Positions 43,966 through 56,400 of a stretch of 64,000 bases of DNA are shown in pieces (position 1 is the first letter of the stretch; every line of letters begins with the position of its first letter). Origin of the DNA: Microcoleus sp. (lineage in GTDB: Bacteria; Cyanobacteriota; Cyanobacteriia; Cyanobacteriales; Microcoleaceae); the NCBI GenBank assembly GCA_042408215.1, contig JAYFMW010000007.1:1-64000 (forward strand), read 5' to 3'. A program made the translations under genes and the position numbers. The notes beneath the pieces were generated by a model, which was not told where the DNA came from, ran no database searches, and saw nothing but the letters and a program-made list of their open reading frames with translations.

Positions 43966-44246
43966 TTCTGCTAGTTGATAACTCTTCCTATAATACAGCT
44001 TGGTACAACTTTTTTCAATCCCGCAAATTATGAAATAAATGTGATTTGAAAATGAATGAATTATGAGAAAAATGCAATTTCAGAAAAATTTAGTGTAAAG
44101 TTAAAGAGTTTAGGACTAAGGCAAAAAAACCCGGTTTGTCCGAAAAATAATGCCTCGAACCGAGAGATTGACACAGAAACCGGGTTTTTGACCCCGTTAA
44201 AAATTAAGAGCAATACTTTACCCATAACATCAAACAGTTCACAAAA

Positions 44247-44825
44247 ATGGATGCAGCCACTACCGTCTTACTTTCCTTGGGACTAGCAGCAGATGCTTTT
44301 GCTGTTTCGATTTCCAGCGGTTTAGCAATTAAACACATGAAAGTCAATAAAGCTTTAAAAATTGCTTTATTTTTCGGTGGTTTTCAAGCTTTGATGCCGG
44401 TAATCGGATGGTCTATCGGTCTGACTTTCAGTTTCTTGATATCTGCGATCGACCATTGGATAGCTTTCGGGCTTTTGAGTTTCATAGGCGGTAAAATGAT
44501 TTATGAATCCCTGCAAAAGGACGAATGCGAAAAGAAATTCAATCCTTTAGATACGGGTACTTTGATCGCGCTGTCGGTGGCGACAAGTATAGATGCTTTA
44601 GCAGTGGGAATTGGATTTGCTGTACTGAAAGATTCTATTGCTCCTGCGGTGACTGCCATAGGATTCATTACTTTCTTTTTAGCATTTGCCGGTGTGTTGA
44701 TCGGTCACAAATGCGGCAATTTATTTGCCAATAAAATAGAGATGTTGGGCGGAGCAATTTTAATTTTTATTGGTAGTAGAATCTTGTTTTTGCACTTAAC
44801 TGAATTGCCAGTCATTAGTCATTAG
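44247..44825 (+). CDS. mntP: Manganese efflux pump MntP
   Basis: LAADAFAVS, DHWIAF and ATSIDALAVG motifs. Confidence 0.9.
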   Translation: MDAATTVLLSLGLAADAFAVSISSGLAIKHMKVNKALKIALFFGGFQALMPVIGWSIGLTFSFLISAIDHWIAFGLLSFIGGKMIYESLQKDECEKKFNPLDTGTLIALSVATSIDALAVGIGFAVLKDSIAPAVTAIGFITFFLAFAGVLIGHKCGNLFANKIEMLGGAILIFIGSRILFLHLTELPVISH

Positions 44826-44959
44826 TCATTAGTCATTAGTCATTAGTTATTAGTTACTGGTTATTATTGGTGATTGGCGAGACTCTGCCTGGTCACACAT
44901 AGTGGGAAGAGCTGCCTCTAATTCCAATTCCCCGAAAGGAGGAGAAAAAAAAATGAGCA

Positions 44960-45042
44960 AATAACCAATAACCAATAACCAATAACCAATAACCAATAAC
45001 CAATAACCAATAACCAATAACCAATAACCAATAACCAATAAC
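44960..45042. repeat. STRR tract (CAATAAC)n
   Basis: Direct inspection; a (TTAGTCA)n tract also lies at about 44812-44850. Confidence 0.95.
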
Positions 45043-45082
45043 AAATGCTACAATAATAATATTGCGTTAAAGGAAAAAAACG

Positions 45083-45637
45083 GTGCTGAAACTGTACGGT
45101 GGAGCTCGCAGCAGAGCATCAATTGTCAAGTGGTATTTAGAAGAAATAGGCGTTCCCTATGAATTCGTGACGCTAGATATGCAAGCAGGAGCGCACTTGC
45201 AGCCAGATTATCTCGAAATTAACCCGATCGGCAAAGTACCCGCGATCGCCGATGGAGATTTTAAACTTTGGGAATCCGGCGCAATTCTGATCTACTTGGC
45301 TCAAAAACATGGTAAAATGCCGGAGACTGTGGAGCAACAAGCTCAAATCGTGCAGTGGGTAATGTTTGCTAACGCTACCCTAGGGCCGGGAATATTTGTG
45401 GAAGCAAGTCGCGATCGCGAAACTCCCAAATTGTTAACACCCCTCAATAACATCTTCGAGAAACAGCCGTTTTTGATGGGCGATGAATTCAGTGTCGCCG
45501 ACGCAGCAGTCGGAGCAATTTTAAACTACATTCCCATGATGCTAAAACTAGACCTCAGCGCTTATCCGGCGGTTTTGGAATATATCAAGCGAATTGCAGA
45601 AAGACCTGCATTCCAAAAAGCGATCGGCGGGGGCTAA
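45083..45637 (+). CDS. Glutathione S-transferase
   Basis: INPIGKVP, LWESGAI and FSVAD motifs. Confidence 0.93.
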   Translation: MLKLYGGARSRASIVKWYLEEIGVPYEFVTLDMQAGAHLQPDYLEINPIGKVPAIADGDFKLWESGAILIYLAQKHGKMPETVEQQAQIVQWVMFANATLGPGIFVEASRDRETPKLLTPLNNIFEKQPFLMGDEFSVADAAVGAILNYIPMMLKLDLSAYPAVLEYIKRIAERPAFQKAIGGG

Positions 45638-45755
45638 ACAGAACATATCAGAATTATTCATCTCTCTGGGATCTTTCTCTGCGCTCTCTGCGCTCTCTGC
45701 GGTTAAATAATTCCAAAACAACCGTAAACGAGATCAGCCCAAAAACTCAACAGCT

Positions 45756-45791
45756 AAAAGCAGGGACAATTTTGGAATTGCCCCTGTTTTT
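45756..45791. terminator. Probable bidirectional rho-independent terminator between GST and psbK
   Basis: AAAAGCAGGGACAATT..AATTGCCCCTGTTTTT hairpin flanked by A/T tracts. Confidence 0.65.
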
Positions 45792-45804
45792 AGTAAAATC
45801 AGAG

Positions 45805-45942
45805 TTATCTGAATCCGACAGCCGCTTGCCAAACAAAAGCCAGCAGCAAGAAAAACACGGGAATCACTGGCAAAACATTAATCAAAGGGTCAAAGATCGC
45901 ATAAGCTTCGGGCAGCTTTGCTAAAAGTAATGCAGCTTCCAT
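45805..45942 (-). CDS. psbK: Photosystem II reaction centre protein K (absent from ORF track)
   Basis: Manual translation: [45 protein letters not shown]. Confidence 0.97.
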   Translation of the reverse strand: MEAALLLAKLPEAYAIFDPLINVLPVIPVFFLLLAFVWQAAVGFR

Positions 45943-46002
45943 GAATCAACCTACCTATCCAAAACAATTTTAATAATTGTCGCATATCTTAAGCAAAGGC
46001 AA

Positions 46003-47172
<1,170 letters not shown>

Positions 47173-47193
47173 TTAGTCGAGCTAATTTTGACC

Positions 47194-47278
47194 AAAAATT
47201 TCTTGATGGTACAAGCTCCCGAATTTATCCGTGGGGTCAATCCAAAATCTCAAATCTCAAATCTCAAATCGAATGACC
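47194..47278. mobile_element. Solo copy of the TGACC-bounded palindrome/STRR element
   Basis: TGACC at both ends; GGTACAAGCTCCCGAATTTATCCGTGGGGTCAA core plus AAATCTC repeats. Confidence 0.75.
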
Positions 47279-47299
47279 TTAGCCTTAGCCAACGATCCT

Positions 47300-47749
47300 T
47301 TAAAACGGCGAATCGTCGTCATCCAATTGAAAATCCCAGTTACCTGAGAGTACCTGATCGACAACTGCATCCAAAGCAGCAGCATTTAAGTTCCGGGCGA
47401 CTTGCTCTTGTAAAGGATTGGAGAGGGGAATTAACCGCAACAGTCGTCCATCTTGAATCAGGTCAAAATAAGCTCCCTCGACTGCGGACTGTTGGAGTTC
47501 CAGATAATCAAAACTGAAAACATTCAAATAAAGGGCATGATTGGCAATCAGGGTGGAACGGTGGGGGTTCGCGAAGACTTCGAGTACATAACCTTCTCCT
47601 TCGCTGTAAATCTGGCCATCCTGTATGTGAAGGTAGCGGACACGTCCTAAATCAAACAGCAATCTTTGGATATCGCGCTTGTTGACAACAATGCCCCTAT
47701 CGATGATACAAGGAGCAGCCACCCTGTTATTTAATTGGTCGTGACTCAT
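47300..47749 (-). CDS. Conserved cyanobacterial hypothetical protein
   Basis: 149-aa ORF. Confidence 0.75.
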   Translation of the reverse strand: MSHDQLNNRVAAPCIIDRGIVVNKRDIQRLLFDLGRVRYLHIQDGQIYSEGEGYVLEVFANPHRSTLIANHALYLNVFSFDYLELQQSAVEGAYFDLIQDGRLLRLIPLSNPLQEQVARNLNAAALDAVVDQVLSGNWDFQLDDDDSPF

Positions 47750-48011
47750 GGAGCAAAAGCCTCTGGTGTAGTATGTTCCCCTGGTCGGAAATCAGGGAGT
47801 TAGCTAGAGTTTCTAGAAGGGAAACGCTTGTCTTGAGTTGAGTTTCAGTAGATACGGAGCTTCGGGATCGCTGTCGGTAGCAGTTTTCTTAGGAAAAGAG
47901 CGATCGGCAGTGGTCATGTCCGATCCAAAAGACGAAAGGGTGTTACCGATCCAATTCTGGCATACGCTAATGGATTCACAACTGGATCAAATGTGAAAAA
48001 ATTTCTATCTT

Positions 48012-48809
48012 ATGGTGGATGATAAGTTGGTTCGCTCGCTCGAAGAGTTTTTCAGGAATCAGGGGGCTGCCCTAGCCGCCGCGATCGCCTTTTATACTTG
48101 TTTGCCGGTACCGATGTCTTGGACTTTGGAATTTCGCGGTATTGCTCGCTTTGCACCGGCGATCGGGCTGTCGATCGGGGGGATACTAGGAATTGCCGAT
48201 CTAGGGCTACGGTTGCTGGGGATGCCTGCTCTGACTCGATCGGCCTTAGTAGTAGTATTGGGCATTGCCGTGACTGGCGGGCTGCACCTAGATGGGGCTA
48301 TGGACGCGGCGGACGGCCTGGCTGTACCAGACCCCGTGCGCCGGCTGGAAGTGATGAGGGACAGCGTTACAGGGGCCTTTGGGGCGATGGCTGCGGTGTC
48401 GCTCCTGTTGTTAAAAACAGCGGCTCTGTCGGACTTGAATAACTATCGGTGGTTGGCTTTGATGGGTGTCGCGGGTTGGGGAAGATGGGGGCAATTAGTG
48501 TCGATCGCCCGCTATCCCTATCTCCGGGCCCAGGGCAAAGGAGCTTTTCACAAAGAATCAATTTATTCTCCTTTTGATTTGATCCCTGGAGTGTTATTGC
48601 TACTGAGCTTAAGTGTATTGCAAGTGGTACTCGATGGCGATCGCTGGCTGTTAGCGGTGGGGATGGCTTTGGGGGGAAGTTCGATCGGGATTCTGACCGG
48701 TGCATGGTTTAACTACCGTTTGGGCGGGCACACGGGCGATACCTACGGTGCCGTAGTTGAGTGGACGGAGGCTTTGTTGTTATGTCTGTTGGCCGCGTTG
48801 GAAGGGTAA
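48012..48809 (+). CDS. cobS: Adenosylcobinamide-GDP ribazoletransferase (cobalamin synthase)
   Basis: [21 protein letters not shown] and [10 protein letters not shown] motifs. Confidence 0.94.
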   Translation: MVDDKLVRSLEEFFRNQGAALAAAIAFYTCLPVPMSWTLEFRGIARFAPAIGLSIGGILGIADLGLRLLGMPALTRSALVVVLGIAVTGGLHLDGAMDAADGLAVPDPVRRLEVMRDSVTGAFGAMAAVSLLLLKTAALSDLNNYRWLALMGVAGWGRWGQLVSIARYPYLRAQGKGAFHKESIYSPFDLIPGVLLLLSLSVLQVVLDGDRWLLAVGMALGGSSIGILTGAWFNYRLGGHTGDTYGAVVEWTEALLLCLLAALEG

Positions 48810-49213
48810 TCTCAGTGGTCAGAAACCGGGGTTTTTTACGAAAATACCTCGTTTGTACCCGTAGATTTGGTAAACACATTCGGCTTCGCGAGCGTGCTTT
48901 GTCGAAGACGCATAGGCTCTCAGAAACCGGGTTTTTTTACTAAATCCTTGATTTTTACCCACAAATTTGGTAAACACATTCGGCTTCGCGATCGTGCTTT
49001 GGTCTGTGTGCGTAAGTTTTGTGGCTGTAATATTTATCGGCTGAGCCGATGTTAACTTAAATTCTACCGCCCTGTAAAGTAGAATAGATACATATTACGG
49101 ATACCTTCGCTAAGCGAGCATTAACAGGGCGATCGGTTTGTAGTAAGGACTTCAGTCCTGATTAATTAAAACTCAGAAATGAGGACTAAAGTCCTCACTA
49201 CAAACATTGATTT

Positions 49214-50968
49214 TTACCCCTTAGCCTCAACCCAAACAGTCACCCCTTCAACCCTCAAACCTTTGCCACGAGTGCCGCAGTATTGACCGTTAGCAGTAAC
49301 AGGAGTATCACCGACATTCTGGATGTGAGCCGTATAAAATACGTCGTATTTATCAGCTTCTGAGCCAGTCAGCCGCACGGCAAATCCCTCAATCCGCTTC
49401 GCTTTGCCGCGGAATCCAGCTAAGTCTCCTTCCGATATCCAAGCAGTGTCGCCAACTCCTTCGACATGAGCCATGTACTGCAAATTTAAACCGGCGACGG
49501 GAGGCTCTATTTTAATTTGAAATCCTTCGACGCGACGCCCTTGAGCGCGAGTGCCGGCATATTCTCGATCGCTAAAAGTTCGATCGCCAATTCCTTGAAT
49601 ATGCGCCAACACTTTTAACCCCACAGGTGCCACTGGTTGAGCTGCTGATGCCGATCGCACGATCCAAACCTTCAAACCCTCCACCCTCAAACCTTTGCCA
49701 CGAGTGCCACAATATTCGCCGTTAGAGGACACCTCGGTATCGCCGACATTCTGAATGTGAGCAGTGTAAAATACGTTGTAATTAGCAGCTTCCGGGCCGC
49801 TCAACCGCACCGCAAACCCTTCAATTCGTTTTGCTTGGCCGCGAAAACCAGCCAATTCCCCCTCATTGATCCAAGGAGTATCGCCAACACCTTCGACATG
49901 AGCCATGTACTGCACGCTCAAACCGGGAATTGGCGGGTCGATACTAATCTCAAATCCTTCAATGCGACGCCCTTGAGCGCGAGTACCCGCGTATTCCATA
50001 GCACCAAAAGTGCGATCGCCAATCCCCTGAATGTGAACCAACACTTTCATAGCTAAAGCCCCCTCTAGTTGCACCTGTTGAGTGCGGGGAGGTTCGCCAA
50101 AAACAATGTTCCCGGAGATCGTAGTCAGTCGGGACTGGGGTATCTCAATACTGGGAACAATAATTACCTCGTGCACCGGGGCTGAAGGTGAGGGGGATTC
50201 CAAAATTTTGATCTCAGGCCGAACTACCACTTGTTTCGGTGGTGCAACATTTCCCGACGGGATGACGATGACTTCTGGCAAGGGTTGGGCGCTGATTTTG
50301 GGCTCTACCGCAGCCGCTTTGAATGCGGGTTCCAGTTGAGCAGGCTCCTCGATCTCGGCAACGGTTAATTTGCCTCGGAAAATGGCTACAGCTAATTGTT
50401 TACCAAAGGAGGCGCTGACTATTTCTTCGAGGATCACCCACTGTTCGTCATCTAGTTTGTCTTGCTGTGCCACTAGGGCCAGCACTGCTGAAACTGGGTG
50501 TTTCCCACTGACTAAGGATTCTGCGTCGGAATGCAGTTGAGTCGGGGTTGATTCGGAAATCGCGCGATAAAGTTCGCGGGCTTTGGTATGAACTGATTGT
50601 AATGGGGCAAAATCGCTTTGTTCGCGGTGGGCGATGGCTAAAACTCGATCGAGCACTTTTAAGGCTTGCGATCGAATTTCTGCTTTTCCTTCTGAGGCTG
50701 CTACCATCTCGACTAAGTTTTGAATGTCTTTGAGGGAAGCAATTTCGCTGGGCGATTGAACGGAACTTGGCCACATCTTGAGAGCTTGTTTTTGGACCAC
50801 TGCAAAGTTGCGGCTGTAGGTGGCGATTTCAGCGAGCAAGCTTTCTGAGGGTGGAATGCCGGAGTTTTGGAGTTGCTGAGCCGCTTGCAAGAGCCGATCG
50901 GCTAAATTAGGATAATTTTCAGATAATCTGGCTATTTGTTGTAGTAAATCTTTATGAACTGGTTCCAT
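49214..50968 (-). CDS. Protein with helical N-terminus and two C-terminal clostridial hydrophobic-W (ChW)-like repeat blocks
   Basis: Six Y.AH(V/I)(E/Q).VGD...GT.G...R(I/V)EG-type repeats. Confidence 0.75.
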   Translation of the reverse strand: MEPVHKDLLQQIARLSENYPNLADRLLQAAQQLQNSGIPPSESLLAEIATYSRNFAVVQKQALKMWPSSVQSPSEIASLKDIQNLVEMVAASEGKAEIRSQALKVLDRVLAIAHREQSDFAPLQSVHTKARELYRAISESTPTQLHSDAESLVSGKHPVSAVLALVAQQDKLDDEQWVILEEIVSASFGKQLAVAIFRGKLTVAEIEEPAQLEPAFKAAAVEPKISAQPLPEVIVIPSGNVAPPKQVVVRPEIKILESPSPSAPVHEVIIVPSIEIPQSRLTTISGNIVFGEPPRTQQVQLEGALAMKVLVHIQGIGDRTFGAMEYAGTRAQGRRIEGFEISIDPPIPGLSVQYMAHVEGVGDTPWINEGELAGFRGQAKRIEGFAVRLSGPEAANYNVFYTAHIQNVGDTEVSSNGEYCGTRGKGLRVEGLKVWIVRSASAAQPVAPVGLKVLAHIQGIGDRTFSDREYAGTRAQGRRVEGFQIKIEPPVAGLNLQYMAHVEGVGDTAWISEGDLAGFRGKAKRIEGFAVRLTGSEADKYDVFYTAHIQNVGDTPVTANGQYCGTRGKGLRVEGVTVWVEAKG

Positions 50969-51014
50969 AGTCTTGCCGTAAATATTTAACTTGCCAATTA
51001 TAGAGGAAGAAGTC

Positions 51015-51278
51015 TGTTGGCTGTTGGCTGTTGGCTGTTGACTGTTGGCTGTTGGCTGTTGGCTGTTGGCTGTTGGCTGTTGGCTGTTGACTGTTGGCTG
51101 TTAACTGTTAACTGTTAACTGTTAACTGTTGGCTGTTGGCTGTTGGCTGTTGGCTGTTGGCTGTTGGCTGTTGACGGTTGACTGTTGGCTGTTGACTGTT
51201 TACTGTTGTCATTAGTTACCAATGCCCCATGCCCCATGCCCCATGCCCCATGCCCCATGCCCGATGCCCCACGCCCAT
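51015..51278. repeat. STRR tracts (CTGTTGG)n and (CCCATGC)n
   Basis: Direct inspection. Confidence 0.95.
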
Positions 51279-51451
51279 AGAGTGATCTGGGTCACACCTG
51301 AACCGATCGCCGGTCACAATCCATGAATCAGTCCGTCACAAGCAACTGCTGAAAATGTCACACAAACCGAGCAATAGCCGTCACTGCGGAGTCAGTGAAA
51401 ACAGTTGATACTGAAGATCTTGATCTTCAACTAATCCAACTTACAAGTGTA

Positions 51452-51685
51452 ATGGTAATGATTCGCGACCTCTCCCAACAAGCTCTGGCAATGGGCTATC
51501 TAACTCTTGAAGCCGAAAATCAACTGCGGCGGATGTTAACTACCACGAAGTATGACTTGGAAGACTTAAATGCTTTCATGACTTTGCAGCTAGCAACTAT
51601 GTCTGGTTTGGTGAAACAAGAATCTCGCGAGTCTAGAGAATACCCAGATTTATCCGATACAGCCTCTGAGACTTCCAGTGGATAA
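51452..51685 (+). CDS. Small cyanobacterial hypothetical protein, paralogue 1
   Basis: MVMIRDLSQQALAMGYLTLEAENQLR..AFMTLQLA..VKQESRE. Confidence 0.75.
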   Translation: MVMIRDLSQQALAMGYLTLEAENQLRRMLTTTKYDLEDLNAFMTLQLATMSGLVKQESRESREYPDLSDTASETSSG

Positions 51686-51729
51686 GTAAATTGCTGTTTT
51701 TAGATGCAAACTTAGTAGGAAATATTTCG

Positions 51730-51945
51730 ATGGTGCTGATTCGGGAAGTTGTTGAACAAGCTATAAATTCGGGATATTTGACTAGGGAAGCGGAAAATCA
51801 AATGCGGGAAATATTCGCGACAACGAAGTGCGATTTGGAAGATTTGGATGCTTTTATGAGCTTGCAGTTAGCAGCTATGGCTGGCCGCGTGAAGCAAGAG
51901 TCTTTGGAATCGATCAACTCGACGGATATTTATGAGAGAAATTAA
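51730..51945 (+). CDS. Small cyanobacterial hypothetical protein, paralogue 2
   Basis: MVLIREVVEQAINSGYLTREAENQMR..AFMSLQLA..VKQESLE. Confidence 0.75.
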   Translation: MVLIREVVEQAINSGYLTREAENQMREIFATTKCDLEDLDAFMSLQLAAMAGRVKQESLESINSTDIYERN

Positions 51946-51971
51946 TTAGTTCGGCTTCTGTAGAGGAGTTT

Positions 51972-52958
51972 TCAAGCCGCGCAGTAGTAGTCTCGATACC
52001 ACTTTACAAAGTGATTGATTCCTTCCTCGATCGGCGTTACTGGCTTAAACCCTACATCTTTCATTAACTCATCTACATCCGCATAAGTAGACGGTACGTC
52101 ACCGGGCTGCATCGGTAACAGATTCTTAGTGACAGTTTGACCCATTGCTGATTCAATGACTTCAATAAAAGTCAACAATTCCACAGGGGAATTATTACCA
52201 ATATTGTAAATCTTATAGGGAGCAGTGCTTGAATTTTGTGAATTGGACTGAGGCGACTTGTACATTACCCGTACAACTCCTTCAATTACATCGTCAATGT
52301 ATGTGAAGTCGCGCTGCATTTTGCCGAAGTTGTAAACATCAATAGGTTGGTTTTCGGCGATCGCTTTCACAAACTTGAAATAAGCCATATCCGGTCGTCC
52401 CCAAGGGCCGTACACTGTAAAAAAGCGCAATCCGGTGATTGGTAAGTTGTACAAATGGCTGTAGCAATGAGCCATCAATTCATTGGCTTTTTTGGTGGCG
52501 GCGTAAAGGGATATCGGATGATCGACGTTATCGCTAACAGCAAAGGGAATTTTGGTATTAGCGCCGTAAACTGAACTGGAAGAAGCAAAAACTAAATGTT
52601 CGATTTGGCTGTGGCGACAACCTTCTAAGATGTTGAGAAATCCTGTGAGGTTGCTGTCTTCGTAAGCGTGGGGATTTTCCAGGGAGTAGCGCACGCCTGC
52701 TTGGGCGGCTAGGTGGACAACGCGGTCAAATTTTTGGTTTTGGAAAAGTTGGGATATGCCGGCGCGATCGCTCAAATCTAAATGCTGAAAAGTAAATTCT
52801 GAATGCGATTGGAGTTGAGCTAACCGCGCTTTTTTGAGGTTGACATCGTAATAGTCATTTAAGTTGTCTATACCGTAAACCTGTTCACCTTGGGACAATA
52901 ATCTTTGGGCTAAGTGATAGCCGATAAAGCCGGCAGCACCTGTTACTAAAATTTTCAT
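51972..52958 (-). CDS. NAD-dependent epimerase (UDP-glucuronate 4-epimerase-like)
   Basis: TGAAGFIG, LAAQAGVRYS, YAATK and GRPDMA motifs. Confidence 0.92.
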   Translation of the reverse strand: MKILVTGAAGFIGYHLAQRLLSQGEQVYGIDNLNDYYDVNLKKARLAQLQSHSEFTFQHLDLSDRAGISQLFQNQKFDRVVHLAAQAGVRYSLENPHAYEDSNLTGFLNILEGCRHSQIEHLVFASSSSVYGANTKIPFAVSDNVDHPISLYAATKKANELMAHCYSHLYNLPITGLRFFTVYGPWGRPDMAYFKFVKAIAENQPIDVYNFGKMQRDFTYIDDVIEGVVRVMYKSPQSNSQNSSTAPYKIYNIGNNSPVELLTFIEVIESAMGQTVTKNLLPMQPGDVPSTYADVDELMKDVGFKPVTPIEEGINHFVKWYRDYYCAA

Positions 52959-53070
52959 TGTGGTAATGGGTAATGGGTAATGGGTAATATCAATTCCGGT
53001 TGTACCGTCAGTGGTTCACTGTTGAGTGTTCACTACCGTTAGCCGTTCATAGCTTTGATTAAAATTCCTA

Positions 53071-53280
53071 TTATTCTAGAAAAATTGGTGCTATAATCAT
53101 TTCTGAGCGAGCTTTTTCGGTATTAATTGAAACAGCTAGATCCATGTTTTTTTTGATAAGAGTTGTTAATAATTCGCTGGCTTCTATTTCGGGAACATCA
53201 GCCAAGAGTAGGGAAGACTCAGTAATTGTTAATTCAAAGATTTTACTTACATTACTTAATTTGAAATCGCTGTAAGCCAT
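53071..53280 (-). pseudogene. Truncated N-terminus of a PD-(D/E)XK-like cyanobacterial hypothetical protein
   Basis: MAYSDF..TEKARSEMIIAPIFLE, then stop; I recall this family as longer. Confidence 0.55.
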
Positions 53281-53450
53281 TGCTTTTATAATTCGGATCG
53301 TCGGAATGATTTAACCGCAGAGAACGCAGAGAACACAGAGAAAGAGAAGAGAGAGGGATGAATAATTCCGATGTTAACGGATTTTATCTGAAGCGAAGCA
53401 ATGGTAGAGATTAAGCGATTGCTTCGTTTCACTCGCAATGACAAACTACG

Positions 53451-56400
53451 TTAGAATTCGCCAACTACCGCTGAAACGCAGCGTTCGCAAATTAGCGGGT
53501 GTTCGATGGACTCTCCGACGTGAGTCGAATAATTCCAGCAGCGATCGCACTTTTCGCCCTCTGCTTTGACAACACCAATCGCCAACTCTGGAGACTGGAA
53601 ACTGTAAGGCAATTCTTGCATAACTGCATTAGATTCTATCAGTTCTACTTCCGAAGTAATGAACAAGTAGCGCAATTCATCTACACCGTTGCCGGCCGCA
53701 GAATGGGGAATTACAGCTATTTTTGCCGGAGTTTCTGATTTTGGTTCCACTGCAATTAATTCTGCTTTCGGGATTTCTGGTATTTCTACAATCCCTGGTT
53801 CTACTAGGTTCGTCAGTACGATCGCCTGTTTTTCTGGTATCACAATCGCTGTGGTTTTTCCAAATACATCTGCTGTCATAGAACCAATTTCTGCTGCAAT
53901 TTCTTGACGGTTGGCGGCCAACAGCAAGTGACGGAAAGCAAACCACATTGTGAATAGGATACCGATGATTTCAAAGAGTCCTCCCAGCAGGGGAATCTGA
54001 TTCATCGTATCCAAAATCGCCAGAGTTACTTTCCCCGTTAACAACACTGAGATTAACAGCCCAAATGTTACCAGCACTGTTTGGTATTCTGTCAAAAAAT
54101 TGCCCGCGTAGCTAGGTAAATCTGCCACAAACTGGGCGGTTTTATCTAACATTTGCTGCCAATTTGAACCCGACGGTTCAACGGCCGAATACTCTATTAC
54201 CTGAGAAGGTCGATCGCCTTTTTCTCCGCCTGTTTCCTCATTAACATGAATTGTCTTTTTTGTCAAGAGTTTGGCAACTTTTGCCGCTTGTTCTTCCTGT
54301 TGAGCTTGTGCTAGTTTTGCTGTTTCCTCTGCTGCTAAATGTATTAGGGAATTTTGCGATCGCACATATTCGACTAAACCTTCGCTGCTAGGATTCAAAG
54401 CTTGCAATTGCTCTCTTTTCTCAACATCAGCAACATACAATAAAACCTTAGCTTCCAAAGAAGAGCCGATCGTCTTTTGAATCCTAGCCTGTTCCAAAAC
54501 CTTGTTAACTTCCCCGCGCACTTGCCGCAAATATTGCCAACGAGTCGCCAATTCTGGATTATGCCATGAAGCATCCAATTCCACCCAACCCGATTCAAAC
54601 ACTGATTTGTACGGTGTTGGATAGGGAATGTATTGCCAAATATCCTCAGCCATGTGGCACAACACAGGTGCGATCGCCTTTGCCAAATTCTCCACAGCGA
54701 TCGCAATCACCGTCTGACAACTGCGGCGGCGGTGAGCATCCGTAGCGCTGATGTAAAGTCGATCTTTGGCAATATCCAGATAAAAATTCGACAAATCCAC
54801 CGTGCAGAAATTCTGCACTGTTTGGAAAAACCGAGAAAATTGGAAACTGTCAAAAGCATCCTTTACTTCCGCAAATACTTCGCCCATTCTGTGCAACATA
54901 TAGCGATCGAGTTCCGGCAATTCCTCGTAAGGTACGGCATCTTTGGCCGGATCGAAGTCATGCAAATTCCCCAGCAAAAACTTAGCTGTGTTGCGAATCT
55001 TGCGGTAAACATCCGACTGCTGTTTCAGAATGTTTTTACCTAAAGGAACATCTGCCGAATAGTCTACCGAAGACACCCACAACCGCAAAACATCGGCTCC
55101 ATATTCCTTAATTACCGCCGCCGGATCGACGACATTTCCTTCAGATTTGCTCATCTTGCGGCCTTTTTCATCCAGCACAAAACCATGAGTCAAAACTGTT
55201 TTGTAAGGAGCAACGCCGTTAGTTGCTACACTGGTGAGTAAGCTGGATTGAAACCAACCGCGATGTTGGTCTGAACCTTCCAAATACATATCAGCAGGAT
55301 AGTTCAATTCCGATCGCCCTTTTGCGACTGCGGCCCAAGAAGAACCGGAATCAAACCACACATCCATCGTGTCAGTGCCCTTGCGGTAAGTGCGGCCGTT
55401 ATTGCGGTAAGATTCCGGCAGTAATTCGGCGATCGACAATTCCCACCAAGCATCGGAACCTTTGTCAGCAATAATTGCTTGTACGTGGGCGATCGTTTCT
55501 GCATTCAGTAGCGGTTCGTTGGTTTCTTCGTCGTAGAATACGGGAATGGGAACGCCCCAAGTCCGTTGGCGAGAGATGCACCAATCCGATCGATCGCTTA
55601 CCATTGCAGTGATTCTATTTTCCCCTTGGGCGGGAATCCAATTCACATTAGAAATGGCTTTTAATGCTTCATCGCGAAACCCTTCCACCGACGCAAACCA
55701 CTGTTCCGTCGCCCGAAAAATAGTCGGCTTTTTAGTGCGCCAATCGTAAGGATAAGAGTGAGCGTAACTTTCCTCTTTAATCAAACAATTTGCTTCTGCA
55801 AGGGCATCAATCACTGCGCCATTGCCGTTTCCGAGGACATTTAAACCTGCGAATACTCCGGCTTCTGCGGTGAAGTTTCCATTTTCATCTACGGGAGTTA
55901 AAACAGGCAAACCGCAGCGTTTTCCGACGATAAAATCTTCTTGTCCGTGGCCCGGTGCGGTGTGCACTAATCCCGTCCCGGAATCAGCGGTAATGTAATC
56001 GCCGCCAGCCACGATCGGACTTTCGCGATCGAACAAAGGATGTTTGTAAGTACAACCTTCTAATTCCTTGCCTTTGAAAGTCGCCAGTATTTTTAATTCT
56101 GTATTAAAAGTTGCCGACAGTCGATCGACCGCATCCAGAGCTACTAACATGAATTGTTGGGCGATGTGGGAATCTGCCGGCGGTTCCACCACGGCGTAAG
56201 TCAGTTCGGGATTGACGGCGATCGCCAAGTTAGCCGGAATCGTCCAGGGGGTAGTCGTCCAAATCGCTGCCCAGAGGCTCGGCATATAGCGCTTGAGCTT
56301 CGATTGCAAAGATTTTGACAATTTTCTCACATGAAAGCCAACGTAGATGCTGCGCGAAGTGTGGCCTTCAGGATATTCTAATTCAGCTTCAGCGAGGGCA

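Noticed and set aside
44056..44246. yybP-ykoY Mn riboswitch expected upstream of mntP
   Set aside because: Consensus not recognisable by eye; the region holds a dispersed AAACCCGG repeat.
47750..48011. Riboswitch in the intergenic region upstream of cobS
   Set aside because: Some hairpin potential, but no convincing cobalamin or glutamine riboswitch consensus; an Infernal search is needed.
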